Positions 25,660 to 38,907 of a stretch of DNA of 64,000 bases are shown in pieces; position 1 is the stretch's first letter; each line of letters begins with the position of its first letter. A program made the translations under genes and the position numbers. The notes below the pieces were generated by a model. It searched no databases and was not told where the DNA came from. It worked only from the letters and a program-made list of their open reading frames with translations. This stretch comes from Eledone cirrhosa (taxonomy: Eukaryota), in the NCBI GenBank assembly GCA_964016885.1, contig OZ024740.1:301816001-301880000 (forward strand), read 5' to 3'.

Positions 25660-27039
25660 TGTGTGTGTTTGTGTGTATATATGTGTGTATGTATATATAT
25701 ATATGTATATATGTATATATGTATATATATATATGTGTGTGTGTGTGTATATGTGTGTGCGTGTGTGTGTGCGTGTGTGTGTGCGCATGTGTGTTTATCT
25801 ACTTTTATATTTATTCTTTTCCCTTTCCTTCTCACTTTTCCTTTTTCTTCTTTCCCTTTCTTTCTTCCAGCCTTCTTCCAGCCTCACTTTCATATAGATT
25901 ATATTTTTGTTTTTAAAATCCACTGTCAATAAATACACCACGATCTTTTCATTCTGATGACTGAAAGCAAATTTTGTTTGCTCTCAAGAAACCACTGGTA
26001 AATGGAATAATTAAATATCTTATGTTGTTTATTACATAACTAATAAGCTCTGTAACCTATATAGAGCACTCTTTTATCCTGGACCTTTCCGACGGAATTA
26101 CTTCATTCATATATATATATATGTACGTCATGTACGTCAATACTCATCTTTTTCCATTTCTCCGAGGGTTCTTAACCCCACTATCAGGCTAAATAATTTC
26201 TTCAATTTCTTTAGTCAAAATACGGCGATAGCTTACATTTCTAATAATTTCAAACCCACTCGCTGTTTCGAAAATATTCTTACTTCATATATATATATAT
26301 ATATTATATTATATTATATACATTTATGTGTACTTAACTGCAAGTAGTTGCCTTGGTTGTTATATATCAGAAATCAGAATGAAATGAAAATGAAGACAAT
26401 GGACACTTAATCAATATTTATGAAATACCATACCTAGAATATTTCCACGTGATATATCCGTTTCTTGTGTAATACATCCAGCGATGAACAATCACCATAT
26501 GTCTTACATATATTTATTGTGACATCGACATACGTAGAAGCTATCTATCATACATGTCACTTAAAAGTCCGTACTTCATACCACAAATATATACTCCTAC
26601 CCCATTTCATAAGGTGAGAGCGCTAGTATGCGTGTGCATGCGTGTTTGTATATGTATGTGATTGAGTATGAGAGTGTGCGTGTGTGTTGTGTATATGTGT
26701 GTATTTACGTTCGCTGGTTGCATCACATATTTTACATATATATATATATTAGATTACGTCCTCAGTAAATTAATCAAAAATAAGCTTAAATATATATAGC
26801 TTCATGAACATATATTTAGAGTGATTATACGCACGTATATTTCTACACACATATATGTATGTATTTTAACACGTCTATAATTTCATATCGTATACGTGGG
26901 CGCACGTTTCCTACTGTACGTATATTGAAACTACTATCATAATGTCATGTGTCGGACTCCCGGGCTTGTTTGCCTGTTGTGTCTTGATGAAAACATTTCT
27001 TTTCAGGATGCTCAAGTATACCCAGCTGAAAGTTAGTAC

Positions 27040-27150
27040 CGGTAATAGCTGGTGGAAAGGTGTAACCCTTCGACAGACTGGTCTCCTCTTCAGGGTGGGT
27101 GGTCGTGTACTTTCAGTCGCTTCACCTCACGAAAGGATGGGCCTCCTGGT
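27040..27150 (+). mobile_element. Degenerate SINE central domain of a second SINE type
   Basis: gtaacccttcgacagactggtctcctcttcagggt…tcagtcgcttca resembles the aaccctgcgatggact…cagggg…agtcgcttca domain of invertebrate SINEs, as recalled. Confidence 0.4.
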
Positions 27151-27424
27151 CTGAAACACAATTTAGGCATATACTTAGATATTTTCATTTAATAAACTAA
27201 TGTTTTTGAGCAGCACTTTTATTTTCTTTATTCCTTCACAATCGAAGACAGCATTAGGCTTTGAAGTTACCCATTTCGGCTGATACTTCAACCTTCAAAG
27301 AGCAATAACGTGACATATACAACGTGCACAACTAAAAGCTCAAAAGCATTCCAACTCATTCCGTTTCCAGCAAAATATTTTTGGAATTCATATATAAGAT
27401 ATTGAGAAATTCCATCATTTTGCA

Positions 27425-27605
27425 AATAATTGTTTCTACTTTAGGCACAAGGCCAGCAATTACCCAGTGCATTACTGATACTTTATTTTATCGACCCCGT
27501 AAGGATGAAAAGCAAAGTCAACCTCGGCGACATTTGAACTCAGGTCGTAAAGGGACGTAACTATGCTGGAAAGCATGGCGTTCAACCCTCTACCGATATT
27601 GCCAA
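27425..27605 (-). mobile_element. tRNA-derived SINE
   Basis: Reverse complement of the 3770-3960 family. Confidence 0.75.
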
Positions 27606-28489
27606 ACTAAAATTAAGCTGAAATGTACTGACAACGTCTCCATTGTACAATTAATTCTTTGTACTACAAATCATTTATATGTGCCGAATTAATTGCCATA
27701 TGTTGAGTAAATATCATGTTGTAAGCCTCTTGATTTGTCTTTCTTACACTCAGTTCTGATCAGACTGATATGCCATCAAAATCTTTCGCTGTATAATTAT
27801 TCTCATAATTTCCTTTTCCGAGAAATTAAAGTGTAATATGAAGGAAATTTCACTGCTTTTTTCTTTACTACGTTAGTTTGTAGTGTGAAGTGTTTGATGA
27901 ATATCCACTATCAAATACAGTTGCTAAATATATTTAATACATAACAATGAAAGAGTAAGAAGATATGCTCGAATGATCATAGACCATATATGGAGATTGT
28001 TCACAAACAATTTCATAACAAATATAATTTAATGAAATTATACATTCGCCGCATTGATAAGTCCACAAACCCACAGATAATGGATAGAAATATAAAGCAA
28101 CGAAGAAACAAAACATATTTAAATGAAAACTATTCATAGTTTCCAACGCAAAGCATTGAAAGAGAAGGAAAATCATTGTAGGATGACCCGTTAGAATATG
28201 CACCAGTGTTTATCAGTGTTACTAGTTTTGGCTGGTGTCTTTGTTTTACATTCTGTTGCAGAAAACGCATATTGAAAACCTTTCAGTGACTGAAGATGAA
28301 TAAATGTCAACGTGTTTGACGTTTGGTCACATGTTCAAGTAATATTTTCTTTTAAAGACGAGTAAATTATTCACGGATCATATTTCTCATGTTGTCTTTC
28401 AGGCCTTCATATTGAACCTCGTAATTGCGCTACACTACCCCTACAGGAAGCCTAATGAGATTTTTATACATTAACAAAAACTATAACCG

Positions 28490-28960
28490 CGCTCTATAAA
28501 AGCAAGCATGCCGAAACATATAGCCATCCGGATATCTCGGTTATCTGCAAAAAAGCAGAGTGTCTGGGAGCAGGCGGAATAAATATAGCATTCCCTGTGC
28601 CAAATTTTAATTGTTGCAACCAAGATGCATGCCACCTGGATACCTTATGCCTCACTGCAAATGCAGTATACACGTGCAACATCAACGCAAATGAGAAACG
28701 GGGGGGGGGGTGTTATGGCGGTGAACACTTTCCAATCTCTAAGCCATTCCTTCCGACACCAGAACAAAAATAAGCCAACACAGGTTTGTCAGGTGTCTAC
28801 GTAAATAAGGAATGCTTACAACCTTAGCTGGAGCATCATCACAAAGATCCGGCAATACAAGGGAGTCGTTTTCTTCTGTAATTTGTGGTGGACCTAATCA
28901 CTCTGCCTTCACTCACAAGCAAACTATCGTAACTACTTACCAAATACAGACAGCAAATCC
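28490..28960 (+). pseudogene. Very decayed PLE GIY-YIG region
   Basis: NCCNQDACHLDTLCLTANAVYTCNIN resembles the CNC…CPL.G.CL…VVY linker. Confidence 0.5.
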
Positions 28961-29722
28961 AGAAATCGTAACTCTGCTGCAACCCTATATACGACTCTGG
29001 AAGATAATGAACTATACCATCTTAACATCGACAACCGAAGTCCCAGCACCTGAATCTGCCCGAGAGGAAATAAACCAACTTACCTACCTCTCCAAACCTC
29101 GTCCCCATACGCACGCTACCCCACCATCTACAGATTACCCCCAATTCTGAGCCCACTGTCCCATCGCTCTAATTATTATTCATACGCGAGTATTCGCTTG
29201 GTTTCTCCTATCTCTCGCCAAAACTGTACATCCCCCTCCTATTTAAGATTTCAGGATCATTTTCTTTCGCTTGAATTTTAATTTAATTTAATTTATTTAT
29301 TTATTCATAATTTTGCATCAATTTGTTATATCAACTTTATCTATATATGTATATAAAACTGATGTTGTATGTGTGTGTGTCCTCATTTTTGCAAAGTCTA
29401 TACAAATCGACATTTCTACTCCGATTGACTTCAAACTTGCATTTATATATTCCTTGCGGTCTAAAGATATTAACTGCAGCTTTTATTTTTCAATTTTCTA
29501 TTGTTAAAGGGGTGTTAGGCGCCGGTTATCCATCTTCATCCTGCTCTTATAACATCTGTCTGCATCGCGACATTCAGACGAACTTTGATGACGTATTATG
29601 TTCGCTATTATCCGTTCACTGCCGAGGAACGTCTTCACGAACCAAAGTATCGTCTTCCTGTTTACCTTCGGTTGCAACGTTTTCCGAAATATTTACTTCT
29701 GTGTTCACAGTTTGATGTTTTT

Positions 29723-29773
29723 AGTTTCAGAAGATCCCGTTAGTGGTGAAAGCAACGATTCTTTGTTTAAACT
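29723..29773 (+). ncRNA. HHR-like motif with CAGAAGA core; family also at 40113-40163, 54988-55038 and their inverted arms
   Basis: agttt CAGAAGA …GAAA gca…tg(c/t) TT aaact. Confidence 0.5.
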
Positions 29774-30537
29774 TTAATCTATTATTTTAATCTATATATG
29801 TATATATATAAATCTGAGGAAGGATGTATGTATGTATGTATGTATGTATGTATGTATGTATGTATGTATGTACACGCTGTCTCTTCGTGGGGTAAGTTTT
29901 TAATTAATTTTTGTATTCTGAAACATCAAAATACAACAATTTGTTGGTTACTGGACTCGGGAATGTCACGACAGAAGTTTGTGGAAGTTACACAAATATT
30001 TTAGTATATTTTAGCAGAGCAATCCTTATTTATATTTTACATTTACTTACATCTCAATATAACATGGCTAGAATTCAAATTTTGCTAAGAGAAGAAAACG
30101 GTCAAATGAACTAGATACATCTCACTGTCCACACCACCACAATAACGTCTACACTCTCTCCCCACCATCACATGTCATTACCATACCATACCCTATCGAG
30201 ACTAAAGTCATCGACCTGTTGTCAAACTCTCTACTCTCTGATGAATGTATATATATATATGTGTGTGTATGTATATGTGTGTATATACATCACTCAGTCA
30301 AACAACCAGATTTCAACCCCAACATCTACAACAACAACAACACCGGCACTAATGTTTACAGCAACAACAGCTTCAGAATGAACTGAAATGAACATTTACA
30401 ACAATTACAACAACAACAACAACAGCGGCATCAAAACATAAAAAAAGGAAGGGAAAAGAAAAAAGAAAAGGGAAGGGGAAAAAAAAAAAAAAAAAAAAAA
30501 GGAGAAAAAAAGAAAGGAAAAAAAAAAAAAAAAACCT

Positions 30538-30590
<53 letters not shown>

Positions 30591-31027
30591 CAGAACAACA
30601 ACATCAACTGCCGCCACCACCACCACCGCCACCGCCGTCGCCATCACCATCACCAGCGACCTTAAGAACAACTTTAATAATAATTTTTCTGCTTTTGGCA
30701 CGGATCCAGCGACTGGCCAGCGCATCACTGGTACTCTCTTTTGTTGACTCCGTGGAGAGCCATAACTCTATGCTGTAAAGCAATTATAGTAATACTGGAC
30801 TGTAATACGATCGGCTTCAACTATACAAACTCTTGAAAGTCAACAGTTGACATAATCTGGTAATCTTGTATCAGTAATGACGGTAATATATATATATATA
30901 TATGTGTGTGTGTGCGTGTAAGTGAGTAGAGTAGCGTGTGTGTGTGTTTGTTGTGTGTGTGAGTGTTGCTGTGTGCACGCATATGTATGCGTGTGTGTGT
31001 ATGTCGTACGTATAAGTGTCAATAAGT

Positions 31028-31061
<34 letters not shown>

Positions 31062-31064
<3 letters not shown>

Positions 31065-31363
31065 GCGGGGACATAGAAATAATCGGGCTGGATGCCCGAT
31101 CGCGCAGTTAAACCACTGGGAGTGAAGAACCCCTAGCCCATGTCAGGGTATTCTTCTAGGAGAAGGCATCTCAGGAAACTGGGTTAACTCCGATATAAAA
31201 CCTGCGGCTCAGTAGTTACCGATGATGTTGATCTTTTCTTCTTTTCGGGTTATAGCTACTGTCGCTCAGAGAGTGGGATTGGTTCAGTGCACAGTCTTTC
31301 CTCACTTTAAAAATATTCGTCACGCACAGGCATTGCACGAGTGCATTAATAATTATTAATAGT

Positions 31364-31400
<37 letters not shown>

Positions 31401-34400
31401 TATTATTACTTTTTTTTTTTTTTTTTTTTTTTCCCAATTCAATGATGTTCCAGAACAATGTAAACGAGATAATTGCCAATTTGGGTTCTGGAACAAAAGA
31501 GATCATTGGCAATAAGGGCAGGGGCCCCAAGTTATCACAACCTGGGCCCGCCCGTCATCGTGCCATTGTAATAGAGCCAAACAGGGCATTTAGTCTTGGC
31601 TGCTGGAACGTACGGACGCTGCTTGACAGGGATTCTTTGGAGCGTCCTGAACGAAGGACCGCTCTTGTTGCGAAGGAGCTTCGACGTTACGATCTTGACA
31701 TCGTGGCTTTGTCTGAGACGAGGTTAGCTGGAGATGGTCATCTTACGGAATTTTGTGGAGAATATACATTCTTCTGGAAAGGAAGAGATGAAGGAACCAG
31801 AAGAGAGGCTGGGGTAGGATTTGCTGTTAAGACTGTACTGGTGAATAAATTAGAAGAATTCCCAGTGGGGATTAGTGAGCGTCTTATGTCCATGAGAGTT
31901 CCGCTGGACAAGGGAAGATATGCTACCCTGGTGAGTGTGTATGCTCCAACTATGAATTCTGTCGATGAAGAAAAACTGTCCTTTTACCATGCCTTGAAAG
32001 GTGTTTTAAGAAATATCCCTCAGGCAGACAAAGTCATCGTGCTTGGTGACTTTAATGCTAGAGTGGGTAGGGATTTTAACACATGGAATGTAATCGGAAG
32101 GCATGGGGTGGGAAAGTGTAACAGCAATGGTATGCTCTTGCTGCAGATGTGTGAGGAGCTGGATCTGTGTGTTACCAACACCATGTTCCAACAAAAGAAC
32201 AAATTCAAGACCACATGGATGCATCCTGCATCTAAGGAATGGCATCTTTTGGACTACGTCCTAGTCAGGATGCGTGACAGACAGGATGTGCGGTGTGTTC
32301 GTGTTCTTCGTGGAGCTGAGTGCTGGACGGACCACCGCCTGGTACGCGCAAAAGTGAATCTAATCACCAAACGTAAAATCCGGGCTCCTGGTGTTACCCT
32401 GCCCAAAAGATTGAATGCTGCTCGTCTTAAGGATAAAAATGTGAAGAGGACATTGGAAGAAGAGATGCAGGCTGCAGATCTTGGTGAGGATTGGCCGACC
32501 CTTAAAAAGTCGGTTTATGATGTAGGCAGACGTGTTCTGGGATTGGTGCAGAGAAAACATCAGGACTGGTTTGATGAGAAAGATGTGCATATAGATGACT
32601 TGTTGGCTGATAAGAGGCGCGCTCTGTCACGCTACTTGACGGCAAGACCACAGGAGAGGAATACGTTGCATGAGGAGCTCAGGGATGTAAAATCACGTGT
32701 TAGGCGGAGTCTTTCTCAGATGAAGGATCAGTGGTGGAGTGAGAAGGCTGGTGAGATACAAACTGCGTCTGATTGCAATAACACAAAGCTGTTGTACAGT
32801 CTCTTGCGTGAGGTTTATGGACCGTCTTCTTCTCTGGTGACACCGATTCGCAGCAGGGATGGCAAAGAACTTCTTCGTGACTCACAGGGAATTCTACGAA
32901 GGTGGCGAGAGCACTTTGATGATCTTTTGAATCAGCCGTCTGTCGTCAGTGAAGATTTCCTCAATCTCATTCCGGAAAGTCCTGTGAAAGTAGCTCTCGC
33001 AGAGCCTCCGACACTTGTGGAGGTTGCAGTGGCTATTTCGAAGCTGAACAGTGGAAGATCTCCAGGTATGGATGGCATACATGCTGAGCTCCTACAATAT
33101 GGTGGTGAGAGACTCCTGCAACATCTTCACTCTCTGTTTGGAAGGATATGGGTTAATGAATCCGTGCCTGAGGACTGGAGAGATGCAGTAATGGTGGTCT
33201 TGTACAAGGGAAAGGGTAACAGGAATGATTGTGGGAACTACAGAGGTATATCATTGCTTTCTGTCGTGGGGAAAGTTTTATGTAGGGTGCTTCTGGACCG
33301 TCTGCTGACACACATTGCAGATTGTGTCCTTCCTGAAAGTCAATCTGGTTTTCGTGTTGGACGCGGCACTACTGATATGATCTTCTCAGCTAGACAGCTC
33401 CAGGAGAAGTGCATTGAACAGGGCTTGGATCTGTATCAGGTTTTTGTCGATCTGACAAAGGCTTTCGATACTGTCAACAGAGATGCATTATGGAAGGTTC
33501 TCCAGAAACTTGGTTGCCCTGATAAGTTCCTTGCTTTAGTTAGGTCTTTCCATGACGACATGAAGGCTTGGGTTAATGTCGGAGGTAACATGTCGGAGCC
33601 TATCTCAGTAAAAAATGGAGTGAAACAGGGGGATATTCCAGCACCGACCCTGTTTGCCATATACTTTGCAATGGTTTTCTGTATTGCATTCAGGAATTGC
33701 GAGCATGGTGTTTACATCCGATATCGAACCTCAGGCAGCATATTTAACATCAGGCGCTTTGCTGCGAAGACAAAAGTATTTACATCAGTCATAAGAGACC
33801 TCTTGTATGCAGATGATTGCGATCTTGTAGCGCACACAGAGAGTGATATGCAGCACATTTTGAATGTATTTTCTGACGCTTGCACTGCCCTGGGTTTGAC
33901 TGTCAGTCTCAAGAAAACCGTCGTCATGTACCAACCTGCACCTGGTAGGCAGTACACTGAACCAAACATCTATGTGTATGGCAAACGACTTGGAGTGGTT
34001 GATCAGTTTGTCTACCTGGGAAGCACTGTCAATCGATACGGCAACCTTGACAGTGAAATCTCACTTAGGATTAGGAAAGCAAGTGATGCTTTCGGAAAGC
34101 TAGAAAGGCGACTCTGGGGTCGGCGAGACATATGCAGGAGGACAAAGGTAAAGGTGTACAGGGCATGTGTACTCTCTTGTCTTCTTTATGCCTGCGAGAC
34201 CTGGGTCACATATCGACGCCACCTTAAGCAATTGGAGCGTTTCCATCAGATGTGTCTCAGACGGATACATGGCGTTCACTGGAGGGACCACATCAGTGAT
34301 GTCGAGATTTTGGAAAGCTCTATGTGTGACAGTATAGAAGCTCTTGTGCTTAAGCAGCGACTCCGTTGGAGTGGTCACCTTGCCAGGATGAAGGATTCTA

Positions 34401-34995
34401 GAATACCAAAACAACTCTTCTATGGAGAGTTGGTTAAAGGAAAACGACCGCCACATAAACCAAAAAAGAGGTATAAGGATTCCTTGAAGGCCTCTCTGAG
34501 AGACGCTAACATCTCTGCTGATACATGGGAAAATGTTGCTGCTGATCGTAATAAATGGAGAAAGACTGTATATGAGGGAAAAGTTGCCTTTGAGGCATCT
34601 CGAATCGCACACGAGAAAGTAAAGCGGGACGTGAGGAAGGGTATTGCTGTTGCACTTCCAGACGGCGAGGGTCCTCCTATGTTTCTGACATGCAGCGTCT
34701 GTGCGAGACTCTGCCTAAGCAAAGCTGGACTCGAAAGTCATCTTCGCAGTCATAAAGTAAGACCAGTGGTTGACTACCAGGCTGCTGTTGGAGATGCTAC
34801 TCATCATGCTTGCCAAACATGTGGTAGAGAATGTAAATCAGCAGGAGGACTCAAGCGACATGCAAAAGTACACGAACTCCAACCACAGCCGACTATTCCC
34901 AGTAAATGTTTTGGTTGCCGACTCTGTGCAAGACATTTTGGATCATTGGCTGGGCTAAAAAGCCACATTCGATCGCAGCACTGTTAGTTGCTATC

Positions 34996-35039
<44 letters not shown>

Positions 35040-35118
35040 GCTTATGTGCGTGCGTGTGTGTGTATATATATATGAATATGTATATTATTATTGTTGTTGT
35101 CGTTATTATTATTATTGC

Positions 35119-35170
<52 letters not shown>

Positions 35171-35292
35171 GTTATTAATGTATGTGTGTATATATGTGTG
35201 AGTGTATGTGTATGTATGTGTGTGTGTATATATGTATGTATGTGTATGTATGTGTGTGTGTATATATATGTGTATATATATATATATGTATA

Positions 35293-35325
<33 letters not shown>

Positions 35326-35444
35326 CTTTTTTTTTTTTTTTTTTTTTTATTTATTTATTTATTATTATTATTATTATTATTTTTTTTTTTTTTTTTTTTT
35401 TATTGTGCAATGGCCATACTCGATAACGAGGGGGCAGCCATCAT
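31062..35444 (+). mobile_element. Apparently full-length RTE-clade LINE; the 5' end may extend to about 30760
   Basis: 5' UTR shared with 17271-17860, a single long ORF, and a 3' terminal tggccatactcgataacgag…gcagccatcat. Confidence 0.85.
31442..34987 (+). CDS. RTE retrotransposon ORF: APE endonuclease, reverse transcriptase and three C2H2 zinc fingers (1181 aa)
   Basis: GCWNVRTL, LSETR, SVYAPT, LGDFNARVG, LDYVL, TDHRL (APE). NYRGISLL, QSGFR, FVDLTKAFD, GVKQG, LLYADD, YLGS, LRWSGH (RT). CxxC-x12-HxxxH twice and CxxC-x12-HxxxxH once. No internal stops. Confidence 0.95.
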   Translation: MMFQNNVNEIIANLGSGTKEIIGNKGRGPKLSQPGPARHRAIVIEPNRAFSLGCWNVRTLLDRDSLERPERRTALVAKELRRYDLDIVALSETRLAGDGHLTEFCGEYTFFWKGRDEGTRREAGVGFAVKTVLVNKLEEFPVGISERLMSMRVPLDKGRYATLVSVYAPTMNSVDEEKLSFYHALKGVLRNIPQADKVIVLGDFNARVGRDFNTWNVIGRHGVGKCNSNGMLLLQMCEELDLCVTNTMFQQKNKFKTTWMHPASKEWHLLDYVLVRMRDRQDVRCVRVLRGAECWTDHRLVRAKVNLITKRKIRAPGVTLPKRLNAARLKDKNVKRTLEEEMQAADLGEDWPTLKKSVYDVGRRVLGLVQRKHQDWFDEKDVHIDDLLADKRRALSRYLTARPQERNTLHEELRDVKSRVRRSLSQMKDQWWSEKAGEIQTASDCNNTKLLYSLLREVYGPSSSLVTPIRSRDGKELLRDSQGILRRWREHFDDLLNQPSVVSEDFLNLIPESPVKVALAEPPTLVEVAVAISKLNSGRSPGMDGIHAELLQYGGERLLQHLHSLFGRIWVNESVPEDWRDAVMVVLYKGKGNRNDCGNYRGISLLSVVGKVLCRVLLDRLLTHIADCVLPESQSGFRVGRGTTDMIFSARQLQEKCIEQGLDLYQVFVDLTKAFDTVNRDALWKVLQKLGCPDKFLALVRSFHDDMKAWVNVGGNMSEPISVKNGVKQGDIPAPTLFAIYFAMVFCIAFRNCEHGVYIRYRTSGSIFNIRRFAAKTKVFTSVIRDLLYADDCDLVAHTESDMQHILNVFSDACTALGLTVSLKKTVVMYQPAPGRQYTEPNIYVYGKRLGVVDQFVYLGSTVNRYGNLDSEISLRIRKASDAFGKLERRLWGRRDICRRTKVKVYRACVLSCLLYACETWVTYRRHLKQLERFHQMCLRRIHGVHWRDHISDVEILESSMCDSIEALVLKQRLRWSGHLARMKDSRIPKQLFYGELVKGKRPPHKPKKRYKDSLKASLRDANISADTWENVAADRNKWRKTVYEGKVAFEASRIAHEKVKRDVRKGIAVALPDGEGPPMFLTCSVCARLCLSKAGLESHLRSHKVRPVVDYQAAVGDATHHACQTCGRECKSAGGLKRHAKVHELQPQPTIPSKCFGCRLCARHFGSLAGLKSHIRSQHC

Positions 35445-35962
35445 GTGTGTATGTGTGTCTGTATGTGTGGGTGAAACCCGAGAAGTACCCAACCGATCTT
35501 TTTCAAACTTTACATGTGTATTACTTATATTTCAGGGAGTGTTATGCACATAAAATTCAACTTTTTGAACCCCTAGGGGTGTTTTGAGGCGTTTCGTCAG
35601 ACCGATTTCCTTGAAAGTGTAACTGTGTATTAGTCAGTCTCTACTCCGTACCGTGAGCAAAGAAAATCCAACTTTTTGTTATGGCATTAGGTGAAAAACT
35701 TCATTTTTTTCAGCTTTTTAGGGCTTTTTTCAGGCGAAATTTCAAGGCATATTATGCACATAAAATGAAAATTCAGTTTCTTGATCCCCTAGGTGAATAC
35801 CTGCCTTCTTCTTGCTTCATCGAGGAAAATCTTAGATTATCCAGCCATCAGAGTATTTTATTTACATATTGTCCAGGCATGCAGTTTTTCCACGATTAGG
35901 TCTGTTGGCGGCCCGCGTTCCAAAATACCTTATCCCGTGCAACGCCGAGTACCACTGTTAGT
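35445..35962 (+). mobile_element. Non-autonomous Helitron-like sequence
   Basis: Ends in cccgtgcaacgccgagtaccactgTTAG|t, a hairpin plus CTAG-like terminus similar to 15875-15905. Confidence 0.45.
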
Positions 35963-36404
35963 ATACTACTAAAACTCTGTGATTGTGTACTTGTCTGTAA
36001 TTTAATACAGCCAAAACGGCGCATAGGACGAAAGGAAGTTGCCCCTGAGATGGGAATAAAAATAGAATAAAACAACGGGTTCCTGAGATTCGAATATTTC
36101 CGTGTAGCTTCATAAACAGAGAGAGAGAGAGAGAAATATAGAGAAAGGGATAGTAGTTGTGAGAGAGTAAATTGAAAGAGAGACATATATAGATAGAGAG
36201 GGTGAGAGAGATTAGGAGAGGGAGAGAGAGAGAAGGAGACAGAGAATGAAAATAGAATAGAGAAAAGAGAGATGGAGGTATTGCTGAATAAAATTGTAAG
36301 ATGTGACTTCAAATGATCGAATACATCATTACTGTATCTAGCTCGAATTTGGTGAATGAATATTTCCTGCTAAATAGGAAGGGTTTCTAAGTGACCGTGC
36401 ACAA

Positions 36405-36446
<42 letters not shown>

Positions 36447-36570
36447 TAGTTAAGCAAAACAAGACAACAAATTTCACAAGGAAGACATTATTAAAAGATT
36501 GTCAACATATTTTAGTTTGATGTAAGGAATGTAGAGAATAATAATAATAATATTAATAATAATAATATCC

Positions 36571-36690
36571 GTTTACAATTGTTTCGCTACTCCATATAAT
36601 ATTTCTGGATCAGATGACTATATATCATAATAGATCTGGTTCAGTTGAAAATAATTAACATATTTAAAAAACAGAGTGGCTCATCGGAAC
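36571..36690 (-). ncRNA. Minimal HHR with CCGATGA core and very long stem II insert
   Basis: gtt CCGATGA gccactc…(~85 nt)…gagtagc GAAA caattg TA aac. Confidence 0.55.
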
Positions 36691-37233
36691 TTCAAAGTAA
36701 TATAAATTAAAATAATGGGATAATGTTACATAATATAATATTCCATATATTGGTTTTTACTATGGTGTCTTGGTTGCATCAGTTGTCAGCCATAATCAAG
36801 CAGTATTCATCTTTCGGGGCTACATTGTATGAGATCTGCTGCTTATTGCACATTGAGCACATGCCTTTACGCTTTGGCTTCTAACTAACACACAAATCTC
36901 TCCTCTCATATCTCCTCTACTATCTCCATCTCTCTCTTTAAGATTGGTTACTCTTGAACTGTGTATATATATATATGTAAGAGGTGAGTTTTATTGTAGC
37001 ACAATAAAGCAATGCAAGTATCGGATAAGTAGCACTCAACAGTTTATAGGACTGGAGTATAAATAATATAAGATCAAAAGAGGTTTAAAAGAGTTCCATG
37101 TATTTTATTATGCGCATTTCAAAAACAAATATCATCATGGGATGATATTTGCGTTCTCCCATGATGATATTTGTTTTTGAAATGCGCATAATTATATACA
37201 TGGAACTCTTTTAACCATCTTTTGATCTTATAT

Positions 37234-37282
<49 letters not shown>

Positions 37283-37317
37283 GTGTGCGTATATAGAAAC
37301 ATACACACACATACACT

Positions 37318-37412
<95 letters not shown>

Positions 37413-37648
37413 AGTATATGTTGGTTGTATACCAACACCTCAGTATGCATCTGGAGCACTCGACGAAGTGCGCAGGTTGGTTTGGTTACTCCGGAGTAAT
37501 GTAAAATAAAGTAAAATAAAAAGTCAAATGTTTAAAATTTAGCTTCGTTTATGAAATAACAACCTAACCAGGAACTGGGCATATCAGAGTATTGACAAAA
37601 TTATACACCTCAACAACATATGTACTTGTCTATACCACACTAATTCGG

Positions 37649-37703
37649 ACTACCTGAAGAGGTCACAGCCAAAGATGGCTGTCACCGAAATATATATAGC
37701 AGT
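37649..37703 (+). ncRNA. Minimal type I HHR inside a short inverted-repeat element (37500-37760)
   Basis: actac CTGAAGA ggtcacagcc-aaagat-ggctgtcacc GAAA tatata TA gcagt, followed by aataaa. Confidence 0.7.
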
Positions 37704-37748
37704 AATAAACGAAGCTAAATTTTAAACATTTGACTTTTTATTTTACTT

Positions 37749-37789
<41 letters not shown>

Positions 37790-37834
37790 CAATAACATGA
37801 GGCTGGACTTGTGTAAATCCTTGAGAGGTTTATT

Positions 37835-37892
37835 ATACTATGAAAATTTCAATGACCGGGTTCCTTATGAATCCGGTGATATCATCAGGTAT
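37835..37892 (-). ncRNA. Minimal type I HHR
   Basis: atac CTGATGA tatcaccggattc-ataag-gaacccggtcatt GAAA ttttca TA gtat, followed by aataaa. Confidence 0.65.
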
Positions 37893-38867
37893 TCGAAATA
37901 TAATAAATGAATGTAACAGATGAAATCCATGGGGCTGAAAATCATAGATCCGAGGACGACCGACCAGCTAGCATCTTCCACTTTAGCCGGTCGCCCTCAA
38001 CTGCTGCCCATTCGGCCTACTTAAGGCTATCTGGTGAGGGGGCTAAAGCTTATAGTGTGCTACTAACCTCCCGGTCAAAGAGAAGAAAAACAGAAAGGAA
38101 GAAGACGAAAAGTCAGCGTTAATGTCATGCTACAAGAAAAAATACAGAAAGAAAGAGGAAGAAAAGTCAGCATTAATGCCATGCTACAGTCAGGCCAGAA
38201 TTGCCGCGAAAAAAGTTATTCTAAAGGACCCGTATCTTAACAGAGGTATATATTATAACAGAGGTATATATAGTGGGGGTCTACATGGTATAATGTGTGA
38301 GCAGAAGATCGGAACGTTAAATTTTGTTTAGATTTATAGGATGAAGTTAAACAAATTAAAGATTAACATTATAACTGTTTCTACAGTTGGCACAAGGCCA
38401 GCAATTAACCAGTGCATTACTGGTACTTTATTTTATCGACCCCTAACATTATAACATTAAAAAATTAGAAAATTGAAAATTAAACAGTTTAAAAAAAATG
38501 TTAAGGTTTTTGCGATGCGAGGGTTAGTTAAAGAAAGAGTCTTTTATGAAGAAATTTTAATTGTATTATAAAGATCCTCCATAAGTTATCCGAGTGGGAT
38601 GTAGAGTAAAGATTATGTCGTTGTTGAAAATCCAGGATCTCGCTACTGTCGTTTACCAATAGATTAATTGGTGAAATATATTTCTTTAATGGAATATATA
38701 CAAGGAAGATTAGTCAATTTAGAAGGCGTCTATTGTAGAAGTTCTAGTTAAACTTTATTTAGTTACCTACATAGTTATGTGTGCTTACAAACTTTTACAA
38801 ATTATCCCCTGTGATTGTTTCTATATTTATTTTAGATATATTTATATGTCAATCAATTTCTAGTTAA

Positions 38868-38907
<40 letters not shown>

